Shown here: in pieces, positions 1 through 7,921 of the stretch
How positions within the stretch are numbered: the stretch's first letter is position 1
Layout: every line of letters starts with the position of its first letter
Assembly: GCF_004342025.1 (NCBI RefSeq)
Contig: NZ_SLWN01000001.1
Location: forward strand, 810,788-834,787
Length of the DNA: 24,000 nucleotides
Source: Kribbella steppae
GTDB lineage: Bacteria; Actinomycetota; Actinomycetes; Propionibacteriales; Kribbellaceae
Reading direction: 5' to 3'
The notes under the pieces: model-generated
The model's database searches: none
What the model was told of the DNA's origin: nothing
Seen by the model: only the letters and a program-made list of their open reading frames with translations
Position numbers and translations under genes: made by a program

Positions 1-1540
1 GCCCCATGGTGAACGCGTCGTTGTAGATGTACTCCGGCCCGGTCGGCTTCTGCACCGTCAGCAGCGGCTTCGACAGGGTCGACGTCACCACCGGCTCGAC
101 CCCGTCGACCGACCAGGTCAGCGTGGCGCCACCCACGGTCGCGGTCAGCGTGTGCCGCCCGGTCAGCTTCAGCGGCTCGAGGTCGAAGTCGCGGTCGTTG
201 CCCGGGTTCGCGACAAGTTTGCCGTCCAGCCGCCACTCGATCGGCGGCTGCGACGTGTCGGATTGGGTCGTCTCGGCGTAGACGACCTCGTCGGCGCTGA
301 CCGGATGCTCGGTCGACGTCGACCCGGTGAACTCGACCGGGTCATCGGATGGCTCAGCCGGGAGCGTGGTGTTGACGGTCCACGACCGGGAGGCAGTCGG
401 CCGTACGGCGGGATCCCGGATGAACGGTGTCGGGTCGACGACCTTGGCCGTCAGCGTGTGCAGACCGGGTGACAGGTCCACGGTCGAGAGGTCGACGGCA
501 CGACTGTTCGCGGTCGACAGCGTCGTACCGTCCAAGGTCCAGCTGACGTCGAGCTCGTGGCTGACCGGGTGCAGCGTCTGCAGCCAGACGACCTGGTCGG
601 GGCCTACCTGGCCGGTCGGCGTACTGCCCTGGAACAGGTTCGCCCGGGACGAGATCCGCTGCGTCATCCGCTCCCGCGACACCTGGTCGAAGTAGTAGCC
701 GAGGGTCTTCATCATCGAGTGCCGGCTCGGTCGCCAGACTCCTGAGCCGGCGTACATACCGGCCTCGTACCGGCCGATGGTGCCGCCGGACTCGGACGGC
801 TCACCGAGCCAACGGAACCACTTCTTCTGCTGATCCAGCATTTGCTGCTCGGTCAGCAACGTGTGGTGGATCGAGGAGGGTTCGGGCCCCTCGTACGGCG
901 CGCCACGCTCGCCGCGGGCGTAGTAGTCGTACTCGTCCTGCAGGCCGCCGAGCGAGTGGCCGAGCTCGTGCGGGGTGATCAGCGCGGACAGCGCATTGCC
1001 GCCGGAAGCAGTCGCGTAGGTCCCACCGGCACCGCCGTACGTGTCGCTGTTGCCGATAGCAAGAATCTGGCGGTTGGCGGCGGTGGTGCCGGCGACCAGG
1101 CCGGCGTACTGGGTGGCCGCGGTCGAGCTGACAGTGAGCAGGCGCTGCACGCTGTTCGGGTTGCAGCCGCCCCAGAAGCCCATCTGCAGCGGGGTGTCGA
1201 TCGTGGGCGAGGTGAGGTTCGGGTCACAGTCGACGCCGCTCTCCGGTGACGGGATCTCGACCGCGTAGACGTTCAGGTAGTTCCGGTACGACTTGAACGG
1301 CTCGATGCTCCAGAGCACGTTCAGGTGCTTGTCGACCTGCTCGCGGAACTTGGGCAGCTCGGCCGCGGTGTAACCGTCGCCCATCACGACCAGGTTGAAC
1401 CGCGACTCGGCCGGCCCGGTGACCTGGATCGGGACCACCGTCGCCTCGGCTTCCGTCGTACTGGCTCCGGCTGCGACCGGGAGGCCGGCGAACACGGTCG
1501 CGACCACCCCGAGCACTGCTGTCAGTCGTCTGGTCCTCAC
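1..1540 (-). CDS. Secreted M64-family (IgA-peptidase-like) zinc metallopeptidase with C-terminal Ig-like region, 3' end outside the window
   Basis: Manually read minus frame, absent from the supplied ORF track. GTG start at 1540 preceded by GGGGAGGG; N-terminus VRTRRLTAVLGVVATVFAGLPVAAGASTTEAEA looks like a signal peptide. It is followed by FNLVVMGDGYTAAELPKFREQVDKHLNVLWSIEPFKSYRNYLNVYAVEIPSPESGVDC and the zinc motif HELGHSLGGLQDEYDYYARGE. Frame read open across the stretches translated toward position 1. Confidence 0.88.
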   Translation of the reverse strand, partial: MRTRRLTAVLGVVATVFAGLPVAAGASTTEAEATVVPIQVTGPAESRFNLVVMGDGYTAAELPKFREQVDKHLNVLWSIEPFKSYRNYLNVYAVEIPSPESGVDCDPNLTSPTIDTPLQMGFWGGCNPNSVQRLLTVSSTAATQYAGLVAGTTAANRQILAIGNSDTYGGAGGTYATASGGNALSALITPHELGHSLGGLQDEYDYYARGERGAPYEGPEPSSIHHTLLTEQQMLDQQKKWFRWLGEPSESGGTIGRYEAGMYAGSGVWRPSRHSMMKTLGYYFDQVSRERMTQRISSRANLFQGSTPTGQVGPDQVVWLQTLHPVSHELDVSWTLDGTTLSTANSRAVDLSTVDLSPGLHTLTAKVVDPTPFIRDPAVRPTASRSWTVNTTLPAEPSDDPVEFTGSTSTEHPVSADEVVYAETTQSDTSQPPIEWRLDGKLVANPGNDRDFDLEPLKLTGRHTLTATVGGATLTWSVDGVEPVVTSTLSKPLLTVQKPTGPEYIYNDAFTMG

Positions 1541-1689
1541 ATGCCCTCCCCAGCCCGGCGACATTGCCGTGAGCAGCTTACGAAGGTGGACCGACCCGTG
1601 TCAGGAGTTCACGCGTGCCGACGTACACGCCAATCAGGGCCCGCGTGCGGCATCATGAGGGGTCGGGGAACTGTGAGGAAAGGACATCG

Positions 1690-2493
1690 ATGACGGAACC
1701 GGCGCAGTCGCCGCGGCCCGAACCGGACCGCGGACGACCGGTGGACGACGCCGGTGACGGCGACGGCAAGGGCATCTACTGGGTGCTGAAGAACGTGCTG
1801 ATCGGCCCGCCGGTCAGGCGCATCTTCCGGCCGAACGTGATCGGCGCCGAGAACGTCCCGCAGCTCGGCCCGGCGATCCTGGCCAGCAACCACCTGTCGT
1901 ACGCCGACTGGATCTTCATGCCGCTGGTGTTGCGCCGCCGCGTCACCTTCGTGGCGAAGTCCGACTACTTCACCGGCGCCGGGATCAAGGGCCGGTTCCA
2001 GCGCGGCTTCTTCAAGGGCACCGGCCAGGTGCCGATCGACCGGTCCGGCGGATCGGCCTCCGAGGGCGCGATGCGGGCCGGCATGAAGGTGCTGGAGCGC
2101 GGCGAGCTGTTCGGCATCTACCCCGAGGGCACCCGCTCGCACGACGGCCGGCTGTACAAGGGCCGCACCGGCGTCGCCCGGCTCGCGCTGGAGGCCAAGG
2201 TCCCGGTCATCCCGTGCGGCGTGATCGGCACCGACGTGGTCGCGCCGCCCGGCAAGATCGTCGCCTCGGTCGCCTCCCCCACGATCAAGTTCGGTGAGCC
2301 GCTGGACTTCTCCCGGTACGAGGGGATGGAGGGCGACCGGCTGATCCTTCGCGCCGTCACCGACGAGATCATGTACAAGATCATGGAGCTGTCCGGCCAG
2401 GAGTACCTCGACATGTACGCCACCAAGGCCAAGCAACTCGAGGGCCGCGCGGTCACCGGCGCACCGAAGAAGGTCCGCAAGTCGGACACCTGA
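1690..2493 (+). CDS. 1-acyl-sn-glycerol-3-phosphate acyltransferase family protein (PlsC-like)
   Basis: MTEPAQSPRPEPDRG...; acyltransferase motifs SNHLSYADW (HxxxxD) and YPEGTRSHDGRLYKGRTG; GAGGAAAGG ribosome-binding site upstream of ATG at 1690 (ORF track opens earlier at 1615). Confidence 0.9.
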   Translation: MTEPAQSPRPEPDRGRPVDDAGDGDGKGIYWVLKNVLIGPPVRRIFRPNVIGAENVPQLGPAILASNHLSYADWIFMPLVLRRRVTFVAKSDYFTGAGIKGRFQRGFFKGTGQVPIDRSGGSASEGAMRAGMKVLERGELFGIYPEGTRSHDGRLYKGRTGVARLALEAKVPVIPCGVIGTDVVAPPGKIVASVASPTIKFGEPLDFSRYEGMEGDRLILRAVTDEIMYKIMELSGQEYLDMYATKAKQLEGRAVTGAPKKVRKSDT

Positions 2494-2532
2494 TCCGGGA
2501 CCTGAGACAGCGGGGGTCTACCCTGGGAGATC

Positions 2533-3411
2533 GTGGACGGACCGATCGCTTACCAGGGTGAGCCAGGCGCCAATTCGGCGATGGCCTGCACCGACATGTA
2601 CCCGGACCGCGAGCAGTTGCCCTGTACGACGTTCGAGGACGCCCTCGAGGCGGTCAGCAGCGGCCGGGCCGGGCTGGCGATGATCCCGGTGGACAACTCG
2701 ATCGCCGGCCGGGTGGCGGACATCCACCACCTGCTGCCGGAGTCCGGGCTGCACATCGTCGGCGAGTACTTCCTGCCGATCCACTTCCAGCTGCTGGGCG
2801 TCCCCGGTACGTCGATCGACCGGATCCGGACCGTCCGCAGCCACGTGCACGCCCTCGGGCAGTGCCGCAAGATCATCCGCGAGCACGGCTGGTCGACCGT
2901 CGTTGCCGACGACACGGCCGGGTCCGCCCGCGAGGTGTCCGAGCTCGCCGACCCGACCGTCGCGTCGCTGTCCCCGCGGGCCGCTGCCGAGCTGTACGGG
3001 CTGGAGACGCTGGCCAGCGACGTCGAGGACGAGCACCACAACACCACCCGATTCCTGGTGCTGTCCCGCGAGCCCGAGGTGCCGCCGGTCGGCTCCGGCC
3101 CGATCATCACCAGCTTCGTCTACCGGGTCCGCAACGTGTCGGCCGCGCTGTACAAGGCGCTCGGCGGTTTCGCCACCAACAACGTCAACATGACCAAGCT
3201 GGAGTCGTACCAGCTCGGCGGCATGTTCTTCGCCACCCAGTTCTACGCCGATATCGAAGGCCACCCGGACGAGCCGAACGTCGCCCTTGCGCTGGAGGAG
3301 CTCGCCTTCTTCTCGGTCGAGGTCCGGCTGCTCGGCGTCTACCCGGCGCACCCGTTCCGCGCCCAGATCGCCGAACCCGCCGCGAACCGGGCTCTACGTC
3401 CGCACCACTAG
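2533..3411 (+). CDS. pheA: Prephenate dehydratase
   Basis: GTG start; IAYQGEPGANSAMACTDMYP, TFEDALEAVSSGRAGLAMIPVDNSIAGRVADIHHLL, HNTTRFLVLSRE, and an ACT-like C-terminus with KLESYQLGGMFFATQFYADIEG. Confidence 0.93.
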   Translation: MDGPIAYQGEPGANSAMACTDMYPDREQLPCTTFEDALEAVSSGRAGLAMIPVDNSIAGRVADIHHLLPESGLHIVGEYFLPIHFQLLGVPGTSIDRIRTVRSHVHALGQCRKIIREHGWSTVVADDTAGSAREVSELADPTVASLSPRAAAELYGLETLASDVEDEHHNTTRFLVLSREPEVPPVGSGPIITSFVYRVRNVSAALYKALGGFATNNVNMTKLESYQLGGMFFATQFYADIEGHPDEPNVALALEELAFFSVEVRLLGVYPAHPFRAQIAEPAANRALRPHH

Positions 3412-3426
3412 CGCGTTCAGGCGCCA

Positions 3427-4407
3427 GTGCTTTCCGGCTCGAAGTCCACCGTGTCGCGGGTCATGAACGACACCCCGAATGTCGATCCGCAGATCGTGAC
3501 CCGGGTCCGTGACGCCGCCGCGCGACTGGGCTACCGGCCCAGCGGTACGGCGCAGAACCTGTCCCGCGGCCGGACCGGGATCGTCGGTGTCCTCGTCCCC
3601 GACCTGGCGAACCCGCTGTTCGCCACCATCCTCAAAGGCATCTCGGCCGAGGCGGAGACCGACGGCTACCGGACACTGGTTGCCGATGCCAACGAACAGC
3701 CGGGCGAGGAGCTCCGCCACCTGCACGAGCTGGCCCGGCAGAGCGACGGCCTGATCCTGTGCGGTCCCCGGATGAGTACGCCGGACCTGGCCGGCCTGAC
3801 CGAGCTCGACGTACCAATCGTCATCGTCAACCGCAAGCCGGCCGGCAGTCTCTTCCCGTCGGTGACCGTCGACAGCCGGGAGGCGGTCGCGGAGCTGTGC
3901 CGGCATCTCGACGCGTTCGGTCACACCCGGCTGTGCTACCTGAGCGGTCCTGCGCACGCGGCCGCGGATGCCGAGCGTTGGTCGGCCCTGACGTCCTCGA
4001 TCCGGAGCCGGACCAAGCTGTTCCGGGTCCCGGCCGGCGCGATGCTGGACGACGGCCACGCCGCGGCCGAGGCTGCCCTCGCCACCGGCGCCACCTGCCT
4101 GATCGGTTTCAACGACTTGGTCGCGCTCGGCGCCGTGGCCAGGCTGCAGGAGCTCGGCATCACCGTCCCGGACCAGATCTCCGTCGCCGGCTTCGACGAC
4201 ATCGTCTACGCCCGCTTCACCTCCCCCGGCCTCACCACCGTCGCGATGCCCCAGACCGAGTTCGGCCAGGAAGCCTGGCGCCTCCTCTCCCCCTACCTCC
4301 ATGCCCGCAAAACCCGCCGCACCCGAACGCTGTCCGCCCACCTCATCATCCGCGGCAGCACCGGTCCCCGGCAGAATTCGGGAGCGCGACCGGGACCGGC
4401 CGCATAA
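3427..4407 (+). CDS. LacI-family transcriptional regulator, N-terminal HTH apparently truncated
   Basis: VLSGSKSTVSRVMNDTPNVDPQIVTRVRDAAARLGYRPSGTAQNLSRGRTGIVGVLVPDLANPLF and GFNDLVALGAVARLQELGITVPDQISVAGFDD are LacI/PurR hallmarks. The frame is closed upstream by the pheA TAG at 3409-3411. Confidence 0.82.
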   Translation: MLSGSKSTVSRVMNDTPNVDPQIVTRVRDAAARLGYRPSGTAQNLSRGRTGIVGVLVPDLANPLFATILKGISAEAETDGYRTLVADANEQPGEELRHLHELARQSDGLILCGPRMSTPDLAGLTELDVPIVIVNRKPAGSLFPSVTVDSREAVAELCRHLDAFGHTRLCYLSGPAHAAADAERWSALTSSIRSRTKLFRVPAGAMLDDGHAAAEAALATGATCLIGFNDLVALGAVARLQELGITVPDQISVAGFDDIVYARFTSPGLTTVAMPQTEFGQEAWRLLSPYLHARKTRRTRTLSAHLIIRGSTGPRQNSGARPGPAA

Positions 4408-4417
4408 GGTTCGGCCC

Positions 4418-5410
4418 GTGCATATCGTGACGGTCGACGGCCGGGATCCAGACGTCTTCAAGCAGTTCTTCCAGATCAAGGACGGCGTACGGCGGGAGGA
4501 GCTGGAGTTCCCGGCGGGCCTGGGCCTGGAGGAGGCCCGGGTGCTGATGACGGGGAACCACTCCGACCTGCGGGCCGACGGGCTCGGGCTGGTCGACGGG
4601 GACACCTGGGCGGGGATCGTCTGGCTGGACTGGTGGTTGCTCGACAACACCCAGACGGTCGACGTCGAGTTCGCGGTCGATCCGTCGTACCGGCGGCGCG
4701 GGGTCGCGACCCGACTGCTGGAAGCGGTCATCGACCGAGCGCGCGCCGAGGGCCGCCGGGTGTTGTCCGGCCTGAACATGGCCGGTGATCCGGTCACAGG
4801 CGAGAGCCCGGGTACGGCGTTCGCCGCGGCGCGCGGGTTCGTCCGCAAGCACGCGGAACTGCACCAGGTCCTCGAGCTGCCGGTGCCGGACGAGCAACTG
4901 GCGGCGTTCGACCAGCCGATCCCCGGCTACCGGATCGTGCAGTGGCGCGAGCATGCGCCCGAGGAATGGCTCGAGCAGTTCGCCGAGTTGCTCACCGGGA
5001 TGGCCGAGGACGTTCCGCACGGCGACCGCACCGTCGAGGCGACCCGGTGGACGCCCGAGCTGATCCGGGAGGCCGAGGCCCGCCGGATCGCTCAGGGTCG
5101 CTTCACCTACACCACGGCCGCCGTCCACAGTCAGTCCGGCGAGCTGGCGGCGTACACCCAGATGGGCGGCTCTCCGGCAACCCCCGACCGCCGCAACCAG
5201 TACGACACCTACGTCCGCCGCTCCCACCGCGGCAACCGGCTCGGCATTGCCGTCAAGGCGCCCAACCTCCGCGCCCTCCAGGCAGACCTCGCCCAATCCG
5301 TCGCCCTGCACACCTGGAACGCTCCCGAGAACGCCCCGATGATCGCGGTCAACGACAAGCTCGGCTTCCGTCGCGTCGCCCAGCGCACGATCTGGGAGCT
5401 CAGCATCTAG
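4418..5410 (+). CDS. GNAT-family N-acetyltransferase (two GNAT-like halves)
   Basis: GTG start at 4418 (ORF track opens at 4301 inside the previous gene); VEFAVDPSYRRRGVATRLLEAVIDRARAEG acetyl-CoA binding-type motif; second half ends NAPENAPMIAVNDKLGFRRVAQRTIWELSI. Confidence 0.85.
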   Translation: MHIVTVDGRDPDVFKQFFQIKDGVRREELEFPAGLGLEEARVLMTGNHSDLRADGLGLVDGDTWAGIVWLDWWLLDNTQTVDVEFAVDPSYRRRGVATRLLEAVIDRARAEGRRVLSGLNMAGDPVTGESPGTAFAAARGFVRKHAELHQVLELPVPDEQLAAFDQPIPGYRIVQWREHAPEEWLEQFAELLTGMAEDVPHGDRTVEATRWTPELIREAEARRIAQGRFTYTTAAVHSQSGELAAYTQMGGSPATPDRRNQYDTYVRRSHRGNRLGIAVKAPNLRALQADLAQSVALHTWNAPENAPMIAVNDKLGFRRVAQRTIWELSI

Positions 5411-5528
5411 GGCGTGGAGTTCCAGGTTTCGCTTCGTACCCGGACCTGGACCGAGCGCAGTGGATGCAGGGATATCCAGGGGCGAGCGTTAGTCTGGTAG
5501 GCGCTCTGATCCCGACCGGAAGTGCCCG

Positions 5529-7460
5529 ATGACTGTCGAATCGTTGTTCCCGCGCCTGGAGGCGTTGCTGCCGGGGGTGCAGAAGCCGATCCAGTACGTC
5601 GGGGGTGAGCTGAACTCGGTCAGTAAGGACTGGGACTCGGTGAGTGTCCGCTGGGCGCTGATGTACCCGGACGCGTACGAGGTCGGGCTGCCGAACCAGG
5701 GTGTGCAGATCCTCTACGAGGTGCTGAACGAGCGCGACCACCTCCTGGCCGAGCGGACCTACTCGGTCTGGCCGGACATGGAGAAGGTGATGCGGGACAA
5801 CGGCATCCCGCAGTTCACCCTGGACAGCCACCGGCCGGTGCGGGCGTTCGACGTCTTCGGGCTGTCGTTCTCGACCGAGCTCGGCTACACCAACATGCTG
5901 ACCGCGCTCGACCTGGCCGGTATCCCGCTGTACGCCGTCGACCGGACCGACGAGGACCCGATCGTGCTGGCCGGCGGGCATGCCGCGTTCAACCCCGAGC
6001 CGATCGCCGACTTCATCGACGCCGCCGTCCTCGGTGACGGCGAGGAGATCGTGCTGGCCATCTCGGACGTGATCCGGGAGTGGAAGGACGAGGGCTCCCC
6101 GGGTGGGCGCGACGAGGTGCTGATGCGGCTGGCGGCGTCCGGCGGTGTCTACATCCCGAAGTTCTTCACCGTCGAGTACCTGGCCGACGGACGGATCAAG
6201 CGGGTCGCTCCGAACCGTCCCGGCGTCCCGTGGCGGACGGCCAAGCACACCGTGATGGACCTGGACGCCTGGCCGTACCCGAAGAAGCCGCTGGTCCCGC
6301 TGGCCGAGACCGTGCACGAGCGGTTCTCGGTGGAGATCTTCCGCGGTTGTACCCGCGGCTGCCGGTTCTGCCAGGCGGGCATGATCACCCGGCCGGTGCG
6401 CGAGCGCAGTATCACCACGATCGGCGACATGGTCGAGAACGGGCTGAAGCAGTCCGGGTTCGAGGAGGTCGGGCTGCTCAGCCTGTCCTCGGCCGACCAC
6501 AGCGAGATCGCCGAGGTGGCCAAGGGCCTGGGCGACCGCTACGAGGGCAGCAACGTCTCGCTGTCGTTGCCCTCGACACGGGTCGACGCGTTCAACATCA
6601 CGCTGGCCAACGAGTTCTCCCGTAACGGCCGGCGCAGCGGCCTGACCTTCGCCCCCGAGGGCGGGTCGGACCGGATGCGCAAGGTGATCAACAAGATGGT
6701 CAGCGAGGAGGACCTGATCCGCACCGTCGCGGCGGCGTACAGTCACGGCTGGCGGCAGGTGAAGCTGTACTTCATGTGCGGCCTGCCGACCGAGACCGAC
6801 GAGGACGTGCTCGCGATCGCCGACCTCGCCAAGCGGGTGATCGCCACCGGCCGCGAGGTGTCCGGCCGCAACGACATCCGTTGCACCGTGTCGATCGGCG
6901 GGTTCGTGCCGAAGCCGCACACGCCGTTCCAGTGGGCCTCGCAGCTCGGCGTCGAGGAGACCGACGCCCGGCTGGCCAAGCTCGGTGCCGCGATCCGTTC
7001 GGACAAGAAGTACGCGAAAGCCATCGGCTTCCGGTACCACGACGGCAAGCCCGGCATCATCGAGGGCCTGCTGTCCCGCGGCGACCGGCGGGTCGGCCGG
7101 ATCATCGAGCAGGTCTGGCGCGACGGCGGCCGGTTCGACGGCTGGAGCGAGCACTTCTCCTACGAGCGCTGGGTCGAGTCGACCGAGACGGCGCTGGCCG
7201 ACGAGCCGATCGACCTGGCCTGGTACACCACCCGCGAGCGCGAGTACGCCGAGGTCCTGCCCTGGGATCACCTCGACTCCGGTCTCGACCGCGACTGGCT
7301 GTGGGAGGACTGGCAGGACTCGCTCGAGGAGGACGGCGCGATCGAGGTCGAGGACTGCCGCTGGACCCCTTGCTTCGACTGTGGCGTCTGCCCCCAGATG
7401 GGCACCGAGATCCAGATCGGCCCCACCGGCAAGAAGCTCCTGCCGCTGTCCGTCGTCTGA
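5529..7460 (+). CDS. TIGR03960-type radical SAM protein (B12-binding-like N-terminus)
   Basis: CTRGCRFCQAG (CxxxCxxC cluster motif), YPDAYEVGLPNQGVQILYEVLNERDHLLAERTYSVWPDME, TFAPEGGSDRMRKVINK, and C-terminal CFDCGVCPQMG. Confidence 0.9.
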   Translation: MTVESLFPRLEALLPGVQKPIQYVGGELNSVSKDWDSVSVRWALMYPDAYEVGLPNQGVQILYEVLNERDHLLAERTYSVWPDMEKVMRDNGIPQFTLDSHRPVRAFDVFGLSFSTELGYTNMLTALDLAGIPLYAVDRTDEDPIVLAGGHAAFNPEPIADFIDAAVLGDGEEIVLAISDVIREWKDEGSPGGRDEVLMRLAASGGVYIPKFFTVEYLADGRIKRVAPNRPGVPWRTAKHTVMDLDAWPYPKKPLVPLAETVHERFSVEIFRGCTRGCRFCQAGMITRPVRERSITTIGDMVENGLKQSGFEEVGLLSLSSADHSEIAEVAKGLGDRYEGSNVSLSLPSTRVDAFNITLANEFSRNGRRSGLTFAPEGGSDRMRKVINKMVSEEDLIRTVAAAYSHGWRQVKLYFMCGLPTETDEDVLAIADLAKRVIATGREVSGRNDIRCTVSIGGFVPKPHTPFQWASQLGVEETDARLAKLGAAIRSDKKYAKAIGFRYHDGKPGIIEGLLSRGDRRVGRIIEQVWRDGGRFDGWSEHFSYERWVESTETALADEPIDLAWYTTREREYAEVLPWDHLDSGLDRDWLWEDWQDSLEEDGAIEVEDCRWTPCFDCGVCPQMGTEIQIGPTGKKLLPLSVV

Positions 7461-7485
7461 CCTGGGCCTGCTCGGCAGACCCAGG
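7461..7485. terminator. Hairpin between convergent genes, possible factor-assisted bidirectional terminator
   Basis: CCTGGGCCTGC-TCG-GCAGACCCAGG: 11-bp stem with one C:A mismatch and a 3-nt loop, 1 nt after the radical SAM stop and 11 nt beyond the 3' end of the convergent gene. No T-tract. Confidence 0.4.
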
Positions 7486-7495
7486 CCAGCACCCG

Positions 7496-7870
7496 TCAGT
7501 TGCAGTAGTACGCCGGGCTCGGCGTCGTCTCGGTCTGGTCCTGCCAGTGGGCCACGCCGATGTAGTAGCCGCAGCCGGTGCCCTCGTCGAACCAGGCGCC
7601 GCCACCGGAGTAGGCGTACGTCTCGGCGACCGTGGTGAAGGGACCGGAGGCGCTCGGGCCCTTCTGCAGCTCGACCCGGACCTCGGTGACGCTGGTCGAA
7701 CAGCCTTCGAGACCGACCGCGACGTACAGCATCAGCGCGCTGTAGCCGACGCTGTTCGCCGTCACCAGATCGCAGGTCTGTGTCCCGGTGGTCGAGGCCT
7801 GGGCCGGCGTACCGACTGCCAGGCCGGCGGCGACGGCGGTCGTCAGCGCGGCGCCAAGAAGCTTCTTCAT
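7496..7870 (-). CDS. Small secreted protein of unknown function (4 cysteines in the mature part)
   Basis: MKKLLGAALTTAVAAGLAVGTPAQA signal peptide followed by a ~100-aa mature region; AGAGAGGA Shine-Dalgarno-like sequence upstream. Confidence 0.75.
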   Translation of the reverse strand: MKKLLGAALTTAVAAGLAVGTPAQASTTGTQTCDLVTANSVGYSALMLYVAVGLEGCSTSVTEVRVELQKGPSASGPFTTVAETYAYSGGGAWFDEGTGCGYYIGVAHWQDQTETTPSPAYYCN

Positions 7871-7921
7871 GGTGTTCCTCTCTGAGGCGGTGAGAAACTT
7901 ACAGAGAGCAACTAGAGTAGG

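Noticed and set aside
3394-4848. Long minus-strand ORF (484 aa) opposite the LacI and GNAT genes
   Set aside because: Antisense shadow ORF typical of high-GC DNA: Arg/Ala/Ser-rich, no recognisable domain, and it spans two well-supported genes on the other strand.
5400-7271. 623-aa minus-strand ORF opposite the radical SAM gene
   Set aside because: Composition is Asp/Val/Leu/Arg/His-biased as in codon-shadow frames, and the opposite strand encodes a convincing radical SAM protein.
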